Part shown: piece after piece, positions 1-7,996 of the stretch
Layout: each line of letters starts with the position of its first letter
How positions within the stretch are numbered: position 1 is the first letter of the stretch
Assembly (NCBI GenBank): GCA_942492995.1
Contig: OW818653.1
Coordinates: forward strand, 360,001-392,000
Direction of reading: 5' to 3'
DNA: 32,000 nt
DNA from: an uncultured Erysipelotrichaceae bacterium
Lineage (GTDB): Bacteria > Bacillota_I > Bacilli_A > Erysipelotrichales > Erysipelotrichaceae
Program-made: the position numbers and the translations under genes
Notes under the pieces: model-generated
The model's input: only the letters and a program-made list of their open reading frames with translations
Databases searched by the model: none
Told to the model about the DNA's origin: nothing

Positions 1-519
1 GATTCTTCTTTCATGTTCGTTTAATTCACTTAATCCAGATAAACTCATTTGATAAAGTTCAATCGCCGAATCAAAATCATTTAACTCACGATATATTTCT
101 CCGATATTACTTAATATCGTAGATTTCATGTATTCATTGTTTTTATTAATCGATAATTGTAATCCTATTTGATAATAGGTATAAGCTGAATCATACACTT
201 GTAAATCAAGATATACGTTTCCCAAGGCATTTAAAATCTCAACCTCAATTAATGGGCCTTCAATGTCTTTTGTCATTTGGTCTGCTTCATGAAGATAATC
301 TAGAGCTTCAAATAACTGACCCAATCGCCAATGGGCAATACCCAATTGGAATTGACTCATACATATACCACTCGCATAATCAATCGCTAGTGATGCATGA
401 AACGCTTCTTGAGCTATTTCGAGTGCTTCTTCAGGATTTCGACTTAGAACTTGTTTCGCTTTTTGGTTCAGTTGATTTATTCGTATTATTTCATTTTCAA
501 CCGATGAAATTTGTTCCAT
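1..519 (-). CDS. TPR-repeat protein, N-terminal 173 codons (3' end lies beyond the window start)
   Basis: Open minus-strand frame from ATG (519-517) down to position 1, with a GGAGAA Shine-Dalgarno at 528-523. Translation begins MEQISSVENEIIRINQLNQKAKQ and contains repeated TPR-like helical hairpins (GNVYLDLQVYDSAYTYYQIGL; SNIGEIYRELNDFDSAIELYQMSL). It is absent from the ORF track because it runs off the edge. Confidence 0.6.
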   Translation of the reverse strand, partial: MEQISSVENEIIRINQLNQKAKQVLSRNPEEALEIAQEAFHASLAIDYASGICMSQFQLGIAHWRLGQLFEALDYLHEADQMTKDIEGPLIEVEILNALGNVYLDLQVYDSAYTYYQIGLQLSINKNNEYMKSTILSNIGEIYRELNDFDSAIELYQMSLSGLSELNEHERRI

Positions 520-605
520 AAGTTCTCCTATTTTTTACCTTTTTTTATCATAGCACTTATTCTTATAAACTATTGAAAAAAATTTAATAAATTTACTAAT
601 TTTAC

Positions 606-623
606 TTGTTAATATATTAACAA
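606..623. promoter_or_regulatory. Rex-type operator 1 (TTGTTAATATATTAACAA), overlapping the hydrogenase promoter
   Basis: Perfect 18-bp palindrome matching the TTGTTAA-N4-TTAACAA variant of the Rex box (20 bp with the flanking C/G). An extended -10 (TGaTATACT, 628-636) lies immediately downstream. Confidence 0.6.
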
Positions 624-650
624 GTTGTGATATACTCATTTTAGCGGTAT

Positions 651-668
651 TTGTTAAAATATTAACAA
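651..668. promoter_or_regulatory. Rex-type operator 2 (TTGTTAAAATATTAACAA)
   Basis: Second palindrome with the same half-sites, 45 bp downstream of the first. It sits between the putative -10 and the AGGAGG RBS (675-680) of the first hydrogenase gene. Confidence 0.6.
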
Positions 669-684
669 GATAATAGGAGGTTGT

Positions 685-1194
685 ATGAGCCATTTGAACG
701 CAATGAGCTTAGATACGATTAAACGCATCATTGAAACGCATAAACACAAAGAAGGTCCAGTAAAACTAATGTTACAGGAAATTCAAAAAGAACTAGGCTA
801 TATTCCTTTTGAGGCAATGAAAGAAATATCGGCTGCGATTGATGTCCCAATTGCGGAAGTCTATAGTGTTGTGAGTTTTTATACCCAATTTACGTTGGAA
901 CCAAAGGGTAAACATGTATTGAATATTTGTATGGGTACAGCATGTTATGTCAAAGGTGCACAAGCACTAATTGTTAAATTTGAAGAATTGACCGGTGCGA
1001 AACTCAATAACACAAGCGCGAATGGACTGTTTTCACTTGATAGTACACGATGCCTTGGGGCATGTGGTTTAGCTCCCGTTGCCGTATTAGATGGAATTGT
1101 TTATGCGAATGCGGTTAATAATCCAAGTTTAGAATATAAAGTTCGTGATATTTTACATCAAGAAGAACGAAAGGTGAGTGAAGCACATGCTTAA
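685..1194 (+). CDS. hydC: NuoE-like [2Fe-2S] subunit of NADH-dependent [FeFe]-hydrogenase (HydC type)
   Basis: 169 aa with an AGGAGG RBS. It carries the NuoE/thioredoxin-like ferredoxin cysteine pattern (CMGTACYVKG ... CLGACGLAP) and is the first gene of an overlapping four-gene hyd cluster. Confidence 0.85.
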   Translation: MSHLNAMSLDTIKRIIETHKHKEGPVKLMLQEIQKELGYIPFEAMKEISAAIDVPIAEVYSVVSFYTQFTLEPKGKHVLNICMGTACYVKGAQALIVKFEELTGAKLNNTSANGLFSLDSTRCLGACGLAPVAVLDGIVYANAVNNPSLEYKVRDILHQEERKVSEAHA

Positions 1195-1564
1195 TCTACA
1201 TTCTTTAAAAGACATTCAAAGTAGAACACTAAAACAAATGAATTTAATCGAAACGATTGAAACACATCGTATTCTGATTGGACTTGGGACGTGCGGAATT
1301 GCGGCAGGTGCTAAACAGGTTTTTAATTATCTAACTGAAATGAAAGAAGAATATAATTATCCAATTCAGATATGTCCAACCGGATGTATTGGAATGTGCG
1401 TGTTAGAACCGATGGTTGAAGTCATTGATCGTAGTGGCCAACATACCATGTATGTACAAGTGGATGAACAGAAAATGAAGGAAATCTTACATCAACACAT
1501 TAAAAATAATGTCGTTCTTGAACAATATACCTTAACAGGAATGGGGCAAGATGATGAAAGCTAG
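1187..1564 (+). CDS. Small thioredoxin-like [2Fe-2S] ferredoxin subunit (HydD-like)
   Basis: About 125 aa with the motifs GLGTCGIAAGA and CPTGCIGMCVLEPMVEV, typical of the 2Fe-2S domain often fused to the N-terminus of NuoF-like HydB. I prefer the ATG at 1187 (AGGTGA about 11 nt upstream, ATGCTTAA overlap with the hydC stop) over the track's GTG at 1178. Confidence 0.7.
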   Translation: MLNLHSLKDIQSRTLKQMNLIETIETHRILIGLGTCGIAAGAKQVFNYLTEMKEEYNYPIQICPTGCIGMCVLEPMVEVIDRSGQHTMYVQVDEQKMKEILHQHIKNNVVLEQYTLTGMGQDDES

Positions 1565-3332
1565 AAGAATTCACTTATTGATTAAAGATGAAGAGAATAA
1601 CGCAGCGATTAATCATTTAAAGAGTATTTTAAAACGGAATCATTGTGAATCGTACATTGAAGTATATTGTCATACCGTAAAGGATGCGGAGAAATCAGTG
1701 TGTGCAATTTATCCGGATGAAATCTTTTATGAGAATTTAAATGAGAATTTAATGCGTTTATTGGTGGAAGTACAGATTCTAAAGGATAAGAAGTTGGATC
1801 AATTTGAAGTTAAACATGTTAATCCAGAGATTAAACACAAATTTGATCAATGGGATAATGATCGTTTTTTCTATAAACAAACACGTGTAGTATTACGCAA
1901 TAATGGAAGAATTAATCCTGAATCAATTGATGAATATATTGCGATTGATGGGTACCAAGCCATTGCGAAAGTACTTTTCGATAAAACGCCTCAAGATGTA
2001 ATTGATGAAATTAGTGCATCAGGTTTGAGAGGTAGAGGCGGTGGTGGTTTCTCTACCGGCATGAAATGGCAACTAGCTAAAAACTCTATCTCAAAGGAAA
2101 AATATGTTATCTGCAATGCGGATGAAGGTGATCCCGGCGCATTTATGGATCGGTCCGTACTAGAAGGTGACCCGCATTCAATTATAGAGGCAATGATGAT
2201 TGCGGCGTATGCGATTGGGGCACATCATGGGTATATTTATATTCGTGCTGAATATCCAGTTGCGGTAGAACGTTTAAAAATCGCAATTAATCAAGCACAT
2301 GAATATGGATTATTGGGCAAAAATATTCTTGATTCAGAGTTTAATTTTGATATAGAGATAAGACTTGGGGCTGGCGCATTTGTGTGTGGAGAAGAAACAG
2401 CTCTAATCGCATCCATTGAAGGTAAACGTGGTACACCTAAACCGCGACCTCCATATCCAAGTGTAAGTGGTGTTTGGGGTAAGCCAACGATTATTAATAA
2501 TGTGGAAACATTTGCGAATATAACACCGATTATATTGAAAGGTGCGAAGTGGTTTAGAACGATTGGATCAGAGAAATCACCTGGTACTAAAGTATTTGCG
2601 TTAGGTGGAAAGATTAAACAAACTGGTTTAGTTGAAGTTAGTATGGGGATTACATTAAAAGAAGTTGTTTATGATATTGGTAAAGGATGTCCGAATAATA
2701 AGAAATTTAAGGCGATGCAGACGGGTGGACCGAGCGGTGGTTGTATTACTGAAGAAAATCTCGATACACCAATCGGATTTGATGAATTAGTCCAATTAGG
2801 TTCCATGATGGGATCGGGTGGCATGATAATCCTAGATGAGGATAACTGTATGGTAGATGTGGCACGTTTCTATATGGATTTTATTGTGGATGAATCATGT
2901 GGTAAATGTACGCCATGTCGTATTGGCACTAAACGATTACTTGAGATGTTGAATCAAATTACTGAAGGGAATGGAACGCTAGAATTACTCGATGAAATGG
3001 AAGAGTTGGCTTATTATATTAAAGAAAACTCATTATGTGGTTTAGGTCAAACAGCTGCGAATCCATTCTTATCAACCTATCATAATTTTAAACATGAATA
3101 CATTCGTCATGTTGTCGATAAAAAATGTGATTCGAAAGTATGTAAAGCATTGCTTGATTACACAATTAAAGTTGATCTATGCAAGAAATGTGGTATTTGT
3201 GCGCGTGGATGTCCTACGTATGCGATTAGCGGAACAGTTGGTAAAGATCCATTTGTGATTGATCCAGAGTTATGTATTCGTTGTGGTGCATGTGTATTAA
3301 ATTGCAAATTTGATGCGATTGTGAGGGCATAA
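1551..3332 (+). CDS. hydB: NuoF-like FMN/NADH-binding subunit of [FeFe]-hydrogenase (HydB type)
   Basis: 593 aa. Motifs seen: GRGGGGFSTGMKW and CNADEGDPGAFMDR (NuoF FMN/NADH site), ESCGKCTPCRIG (N3-type 4Fe-4S), and a C-terminal 2x[4Fe-4S] ferredoxin (CKKCGICARGCP, CIRCGACVLNC). The N-terminal ~90 aa resemble a thioredoxin-like domain but lack a full cysteine set. Confidence 0.9.
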   Translation: MMKARRIHLLIKDEENNAAINHLKSILKRNHCESYIEVYCHTVKDAEKSVCAIYPDEIFYENLNENLMRLLVEVQILKDKKLDQFEVKHVNPEIKHKFDQWDNDRFFYKQTRVVLRNNGRINPESIDEYIAIDGYQAIAKVLFDKTPQDVIDEISASGLRGRGGGGFSTGMKWQLAKNSISKEKYVICNADEGDPGAFMDRSVLEGDPHSIIEAMMIAAYAIGAHHGYIYIRAEYPVAVERLKIAINQAHEYGLLGKNILDSEFNFDIEIRLGAGAFVCGEETALIASIEGKRGTPKPRPPYPSVSGVWGKPTIINNVETFANITPIILKGAKWFRTIGSEKSPGTKVFALGGKIKQTGLVEVSMGITLKEVVYDIGKGCPNNKKFKAMQTGGPSGGCITEENLDTPIGFDELVQLGSMMGSGGMIILDEDNCMVDVARFYMDFIVDESCGKCTPCRIGTKRLLEMLNQITEGNGTLELLDEMEELAYYIKENSLCGLGQTAANPFLSTYHNFKHEYIRHVVDKKCDSKVCKALLDYTIKVDLCKKCGICARGCPTYAISGTVGKDPFVIDPELCIRCGACVLNCKFDAIVRA

Positions 3333-3333
3333 T

Positions 3334-5103
3334 ATGAAACTAATTAAATGTGAAATCAATCGAAGAGAAATACAAGTAAGAGAAGATTTAACTATTCTAG
3401 AGGCATGTCGATTAAATAATGTGAATATACCAACCTTATGTCATCTTGTAGGATGTCCAGTTAAAGGGGCATGTCGCATTTGTGTTGTGGAAGTTGAAGG
3501 TAAGAAGAATTGTGTTCCTGCATGTGTATCTAAAGTTGAAGAGGGTATGAAGATTCAAACGCATTCTAAACGAGCAATCGCATCGCGTAAAATGACATTA
3601 GAATTACTTCTATCGAACCATAGTCAAGATTGTTTAAGTTGTATTCGAAATCAGAAATGTGAATTACAGAGTTTAGCGCAAGAATTGAATATTAGACAAA
3701 TAAATCAAAGTGGATCTAAAACAGAAGTGCATTTTGATGATTTATCGAATGGTATCATACGTGATTCAAGTAAGTGTATTTTGTGTGGTCGCTGTATCGA
3801 TACATGCAAGAGTATCCAAGGTCTCGGCGTATTAAATTATATGCATCGTGGATTTGAAACACGTGTTGGTCCAGTACTTGATTTGAGTTTATCGCAAGTC
3901 AATTGTATTCAATGTGGTCAATGTATCCTTAATTGTCCGGTTGGGGCTTTAAGTGAAAAAGAAGAAATACATGACGTAATTGAGGCATTAAATGATCCGT
4001 ACAAACATGTCATCGTTCAAACCGCACCTGCAGTTCGTGCATCGCTTGGAGAAGAATTTGGATATCCAATAGGGACACGCGTTACAGGTAAAATGGTTTC
4101 CGCATTAAAACGTGTTGGATTCGATAGAGTATATGACACTGATTTTGCGGCAGATTTAACGATAATTGAGGAAGGGCATGAATTACTTCATCGTTTAGAA
4201 AAAAATGAGAATTTGCCACTTATTACATCATGTAGTCCTGGTTGGATTAACTATTGTGAAAAAGAATATCCAGAAATTCTTAATCATCTATCATCGTGTA
4301 AGAGTCCACATATGATGTTTGGCGCAATCTTGAAAACGTATTACGCAAAAACGCATTTCATTGACCCAAAAGATGTCATAGTTGTAAGTATTATGCCGTG
4401 TACAGCTAAAAAAGATGAAAAAAATCGTGAAGAAAACAGAGGAACATATGGAAAAGATGTCGATCATGTACTCACAACCCGCGAATGTGCACGTTTAATT
4501 AAACTTTATGGAATTGATTTTACTCGTTTAGAAGATGAACCATTTGATCAAGATATGTTTGGGGAATCAAGTGGAGCTGGTGTAATATTCGGTGTTAGTG
4601 GTGGTGTCATGGAAGCTGCACTTAGAACAGTGAGTGAAATTGTGACGGGTAAAACACTTGAAAAATTAGAATTTGAAACGTTACGTGGATTTAAAACAAT
4701 TCGTGAAGCAGAACTGGATTTAAATGGGGCTAAGGTAAAAGTAGCGGTTGTGTACAGTATGAAAGAAGCTAAACAAGTGTGTGAAGCCATCAAGAATCAT
4801 ACGTCACCGTATACGTTTATTGAAATCATGGCATGTCCTGGTGGTTGTATAAATGGTGGAGGACAATCGATTATTGATAAGAGTCATGCCCATATTAGTA
4901 AAGATGATCTTATGAAACTAAGAGCACAAGCACTCTATACTGAAGATCGATTTAATCCATTACGTAAATCACATGATAATGTATTGATTAAATCACTTTA
5001 TATGAACTTCTTAGGCAATGCGGGTGGTCCATTAGCCCATGAATTATTGCATACGCATTATAATTTAAAAGAAAAATTCAATTATTACCCAGATGAGGCA
5101 TAA
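3334..5103 (+). CDS. hydA: [FeFe]-hydrogenase catalytic subunit, M3-type architecture
   Basis: 589 aa. N-terminal 2Fe-2S, a His-ligated cluster motif (HSQDCLSCIRNQKC) and two ferredoxin motifs (CILCGRCIDTC, CIQCGQCILNCP). H-cluster motifs: L1 TSCSPGW (variant), L2 MPCTAKKDE, L3 EIMACPGGCINGGGQ. Confidence 0.92.
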   Translation: MKLIKCEINRREIQVREDLTILEACRLNNVNIPTLCHLVGCPVKGACRICVVEVEGKKNCVPACVSKVEEGMKIQTHSKRAIASRKMTLELLLSNHSQDCLSCIRNQKCELQSLAQELNIRQINQSGSKTEVHFDDLSNGIIRDSSKCILCGRCIDTCKSIQGLGVLNYMHRGFETRVGPVLDLSLSQVNCIQCGQCILNCPVGALSEKEEIHDVIEALNDPYKHVIVQTAPAVRASLGEEFGYPIGTRVTGKMVSALKRVGFDRVYDTDFAADLTIIEEGHELLHRLEKNENLPLITSCSPGWINYCEKEYPEILNHLSSCKSPHMMFGAILKTYYAKTHFIDPKDVIVVSIMPCTAKKDEKNREENRGTYGKDVDHVLTTRECARLIKLYGIDFTRLEDEPFDQDMFGESSGAGVIFGVSGGVMEAALRTVSEIVTGKTLEKLEFETLRGFKTIREAELDLNGAKVKVAVVYSMKEAKQVCEAIKNHTSPYTFIEIMACPGGCINGGGQSIIDKSHAHISKDDLMKLRAQALYTEDRFNPLRKSHDNVLIKSLYMNFLGNAGGPLAHELLHTHYNLKEKFNYYPDEA

Positions 5104-5106
5104 TAT

Positions 5107-5135
5107 TTGATTATTTAGTACACAAAGACTAAACT
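5107..5135 (+). promoter_or_regulatory. Candidate sigma-A promoter of the rib leader (TTGATT-17 nt-TAAACT)
   Basis: -35 TTGATT at 5107-5112 and -10 TAAACT at 5130-5135 with a 17-nt spacer, located just upstream of the FMN aptamer. Confidence 0.4.
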
Positions 5136-5147
5136 TTGATTAATCAA

Positions 5148-5262
5148 AAACCAACTTCAGGGCAGGGTTCAATTCCCGACCGGTGGTATACCCCACGGGC
5201 ATTTAATGCATGAATCTGTGAAACTCAGATGGCGACAGTATAGTCTGGATGAAAGAAGTCTT
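5148..5262 (+). promoter_or_regulatory. FMN riboswitch (RFN element) aptamer
   Basis: Contains the conserved RFN core strings CUUCAGGGCAGGGU..AAUUCCCGACCGGUGGUA, GCGACAGUAUAGUCUGGAUGAAAGAAG and the P1 pairing ACUUC/GAAGU. It lies directly upstream of the rib genes. Confidence 0.92.
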
Positions 5263-5268
5263 TTATCG

Positions 5269-5296
5269 AACCCTGTGAGATATCAGGGTTTTTATT
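5269..5296 (+). terminator. Riboswitch expression-platform terminator
   Basis: Hairpin AACCCTG (5269-5275) / CAGGGTT (5284-5290) followed by TTTATT. It sits between the aptamer and the ribD RBS (AGGTGAG), consistent with transcriptional attenuation. Confidence 0.8.
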
Positions 5297-5306
5297 AGGT
5301 GAGAAA

Positions 5307-5990
5307 ATGAAACCATTCGTATTTATTAAAGCCGCTATGAGTTTAGATGGAAAAATTGCCACAAAAACAGGTGAAAGCCAATGGATATCAAATACTAAGT
5401 CGAGAGCGTATGTACATCAACTAAGATCAGAATATGACGCAATATGTGTTGGGGTCCAAACAGTTATCTTAGATAATCCAAGACTTACCATTCGTAAAGA
5501 AGGGACGGAAAGTTGTCACTATCGCTTAATTCTTGATAGTAAAGGACGTATTCCGTTAGACAGTAATGTACTAAATGATGTATATAAAAATAAGACAATC
5601 GTGTTTAGTACAAACGCAATTGATAAGATTGTTGAAAATGAACTATTGAATCGTGGTATAAAACTGATTAAACTGAAATCAAAGGATGGTCGAATCGATT
5701 TAAACGATTGGATTCGTCAATGCGAGAAATTAAATATAAAATCAATTTTTGTGGAAGGCGGAGGTGAAGTAATTGCGTCGATGTTAAAGGAAGAGATTGT
5801 CGATAAGATAGCCGTTGCGATAGCGCCAATCATAATTGGTGGTCAACAGGCAAAAAGCTTTGTGTCAGGAGATGGAATTGAACATTTAAAAGATGCGATC
5901 CAGTTAGAAAAGCCATCAATAAAATGGTTTGATGACGATTGTGTTATAGAGTACACCATAAAACGAGGGAAACAAGATGAAAACAACTAG
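5307..5990 (+). CDS. ribD: Stand-alone RibD-type pyrimidine reductase (no deaminase domain)
   Basis: 227 aa that align along their length with the C-terminal reductase half of bifunctional RibD/RibG ([54 protein letters not shown]). No CMP/dCMP-deaminase zinc motif is present, and the 5' side is occupied by the riboswitch. Confidence 0.85.
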   Translation: MKPFVFIKAAMSLDGKIATKTGESQWISNTKSRAYVHQLRSEYDAICVGVQTVILDNPRLTIRKEGTESCHYRLILDSKGRIPLDSNVLNDVYKNKTIVFSTNAIDKIVENELLNRGIKLIKLKSKDGRIDLNDWIRQCEKLNIKSIFVEGGGEVIASMLKEEIVDKIAVAIAPIIIGGQQAKSFVSGDGIEHLKDAIQLEKPSIKWFDDDCVIEYTIKRGKQDENN

Positions 5991-7173
5991 CATAAAAGAA
6001 GCGATTGAAGCGATTTCAAAAGGTAAGATTATTGTCGTATTAGATGATACAAGTGTTGATAGTAAAGCACATTTTGTGATGGCCGCAGAAAAAGTAACGC
6101 CAGATACATACGCATTACTCAAAAAATATGGACATAAAACAATCCACGTCGCACTTGAGGCATCTCGTTTAATTGATTTGGGATTCCAAGCGAGTTATGA
6201 AGATAACAGTTATCAAGTCGTTAATACTGTTTCAGTTGATTTTAAAGGGAATCTTGAGACTAAGAGTATCGAGTCAGAAATTAAAACAATTGAAGCACTA
6301 GTTAATCCAAATCTAAGTTTACTCGATTTTAAACAACCTGGAGATGTATTCATTACTCAAGCGAGTTATGGTGGAGTCTTAAAAAGAGCAGGTCATATCG
6401 AAGCTGCAGTTGATTTAGCGCGACTTGCGAAACTTAAACCGATTGGACTTGTTAGTGAAATAGCGGATGAAAAAGGTATACGTTTAAATAAAGACGCATT
6501 GTGTGCAGTTGTAGAAGATTGTGACATGTGTTTTGTGACAGTGGAAGATTTAATTGCGTATCGTCGACAAACTGAGTCAATGGTTAAACGTGCATCATCT
6601 GCTAAAATGCCTACACGTTATGGAGAATTTACGATTGTTGGATATGAAAATATTCTTACCAAGGAACATCATGTAGCCCTAGTTAAAGGGGATATTTCGG
6701 ATGGTACACCCGTTTTAATTCGTGTTCATAGCGAATGTTTAACAGGCGATGCGTTTGGATCTCTACGTTGTGATTGTGGCCAACAATTTGATGCGGCAAT
6801 GAAGATGATTGAAAAAGAAGGTCGTGGAATTCTACTGTACATGCGTCAAGAAGGAAGAGGCATCGGCTTAATCAATAAGATTCGTGCGTACAATCTTCAA
6901 GACCAAGGATTGGATACAGTCGAAGCGAACTTAGCACTTGGCTTTGGGGCAGACTTACGTGATTATGGGATTGGGGCAGAAATACTTGCGGATCTAAATG
7001 TATTTAAACTACGTTTAATGACAAATAATCCGCGTAAATTAGTTGGTTTATCAGGTTATGGAATTGAAATAACCGAACGTGTACCAATTCAATTGAATCA
7101 TAATGAAAAGAATGAACATTACTTAAAAACTAAACAGAATAAACTTAGTCATATGTTAAAATTTGAAGAATAA
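5977..7173 (+). CDS. ribBA: RibBA-like fusion: intact GTP cyclohydrolase II half, degenerate DHBP-synthase half
   Basis: 398 aa. The C-terminal half has canonical GCH II motifs ([35 protein letters not shown]). The N-terminal half has the RibB fold signature ([16 protein letters not shown]), but the acidic RENEGD loop reads SVDSKAH and PGH reads PGD. Confidence 0.85.
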   Translation: MKTTSIKEAIEAISKGKIIVVLDDTSVDSKAHFVMAAEKVTPDTYALLKKYGHKTIHVALEASRLIDLGFQASYEDNSYQVVNTVSVDFKGNLETKSIESEIKTIEALVNPNLSLLDFKQPGDVFITQASYGGVLKRAGHIEAAVDLARLAKLKPIGLVSEIADEKGIRLNKDALCAVVEDCDMCFVTVEDLIAYRRQTESMVKRASSAKMPTRYGEFTIVGYENILTKEHHVALVKGDISDGTPVLIRVHSECLTGDAFGSLRCDCGQQFDAAMKMIEKEGRGILLYMRQEGRGIGLINKIRAYNLQDQGLDTVEANLALGFGADLRDYGIGAEILADLNVFKLRLMTNNPRKLVGLSGYGIEITERVPIQLNHNEKNEHYLKTKQNKLSHMLKFEE

Positions 7174-7174
7174 T

Positions 7175-7870
7175 ATGAAAAATTCATGGTTTTTAACAGT
7201 AAAGAAATATTACTGGAAAGTATTAATTGGACTTGTCTTAGGCTTAACAGCTGGATTCTTTTGGTATGTGAATGATTTCTATCGAGCTGAACCGAACGCA
7301 TTAGCTGTTTTAAATGAAATCGATGTAATTGATCAAAAGGATTATATCGAATTAAAGGCAGAATCGAATATTGGACTAATCTTTTATCCTGGCGCAAAAG
7401 TAGAACCGAGTGCATATCTTGTATTGTTTAATCTATTAAAAGAAAATAATATTAATGTTTTTATTGTAAAAATGCCATTTAATCTTGCGGTTCTTAAAAT
7501 AAATGCGGCAGATTCAATTATTAATCAATACCCAGATATCAATCATTGGTATATATCTGGACATTCTCTAGGTGGCGCAATGGCTTCGAGTTATCTTGAA
7601 GATAATGCGGATTTATTTGATGGCTTAATTCTATTAGCCGCATATCCATTAAACGAGAGTGAAGAGAATGTTTTAACTCTGTATGGAAGTAATGATAAAG
7701 TACTCGATTTAGAGAAACTTGAACCATTTGAAACAACCTCCATTATGGGGGGGAATCATGCGTATTTTGGAGATTATGGTGAACAAGCAAGGGATGGCGT
7801 TGCGTCTATTTCACGCTCTGACCAACAAGCTGAAACAATAAAGTATATTCTTGAATTTATTCGTAAATAA
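7175..7870 (+). CDS. Membrane-anchored alpha/beta-fold hydrolase
   Basis: About 231 aa with one N-terminal TM helix (VLIGLVLGLTAGFFWYV), a nucleophile elbow GHSLGG, and candidate Asp (SNDKV) and His (GGNHAYF). The ATG at 7175 follows the ribBA stop (7171-7173) by 1 nt, and I prefer it over the track's TTG at 7163. Confidence 0.7.
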   Translation: MKNSWFLTVKKYYWKVLIGLVLGLTAGFFWYVNDFYRAEPNALAVLNEIDVIDQKDYIELKAESNIGLIFYPGAKVEPSAYLVLFNLLKENNINVFIVKMPFNLAVLKINAADSIINQYPDINHWYISGHSLGGAMASSYLEDNADLFDGLILLAAYPLNESEENVLTLYGSNDKVLDLEKLEPFETTSIMGGNHAYFGDYGEQARDGVASISRSDQQAETIKYILEFIRK

Positions 7871-7928
7871 GCTAAGTTCGTGAATTTTAGATTATATTCT
7901 ACGACTTATCGACATCGATTTTTAGAAT

Positions 7929-7942
7929 TCACGATATCGTGA
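7929..7942. promoter_or_regulatory. Perfect 14-bp palindrome TCACGATATCGTGA (possible operator)
   Basis: Seen directly in the sequence. It is nested in a larger imperfect inverted repeat, TCGTGAATT (7878-7886) / AATTCACGA (7927-7935). Confidence 0.35.
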
Positions 7943-7960
7943 TATTAGTCGTAATTAGGT

Positions 7961-7996
7961 TTGAAAGTTTTCAGTAATCGTATTGAAAATTTTCAG
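7961..7996. promoter_or_regulatory. Tandem direct repeat of a palindromic 14-mer (TTGAAAGTTTTCAG / TTGAAAATTTTCAG), 22-bp period
   Basis: Copies at 7961-7974 and 7983-7996. The second contains the perfect palindrome TGAAAATTTTCA and overlaps the -35 of the downstream promoter. Both resemble CodY-box halves (AATTTTCWG). Confidence 0.45.

Noticed and set aside
252-521. 89-aa plus-strand ORF from the track
   Set aside because: It lies entirely antisense to a longer minus-strand TPR-protein frame that has a proper RBS and ATG at 519. It has no RBS and a low-complexity, unrecognisable translation.
1178-1186. GTG start for the small 2Fe-2S protein, as given in the track
   Set aside because: The AGGTGA Shine-Dalgarno ends only about 2 nt before the GTG. 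The ATG at 1187 has proper spacing and overlaps the hydC stop.
4548-4793. 81-aa minus-strand ORF inside hydA. The same reasoning applies to the other nested antisense or out-of-frame track ORFs at 5916-6122, 7149-7415, 7539-7736, 9755-10057, 11391-11699, 12523-12744, 17987-18223, 21400-21636, 21470-21655, 22346-22612, 23820-24047, 24578-24838, 28898-29236, 29701-29916 and 31155-31358.
   Set aside because: All are embedded in confidently identified genes with strong family motifs. They lack Shine-Dalgarno sequences and give low-complexity translations typical of AT-rich shadow frames.
7163-7174. TTG start for the alpha/beta hydrolase
   Set aside because: The ATG at 7175, 1 nt after the ribBA stop, is a more conventional coupled start. 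The four extra residues (MKNN) duplicate the MKN of the ATG start.
7961-7996. Interpreting the TGAAAnTTTTCA repeats as CcpA cre sites
   Set aside because: cre is a 14-mer with a central CG (TGWAANCGNTNWCA). These are 12-mers lacking the central CG, so similarity to a CodY box or an unknown regulator fits better.
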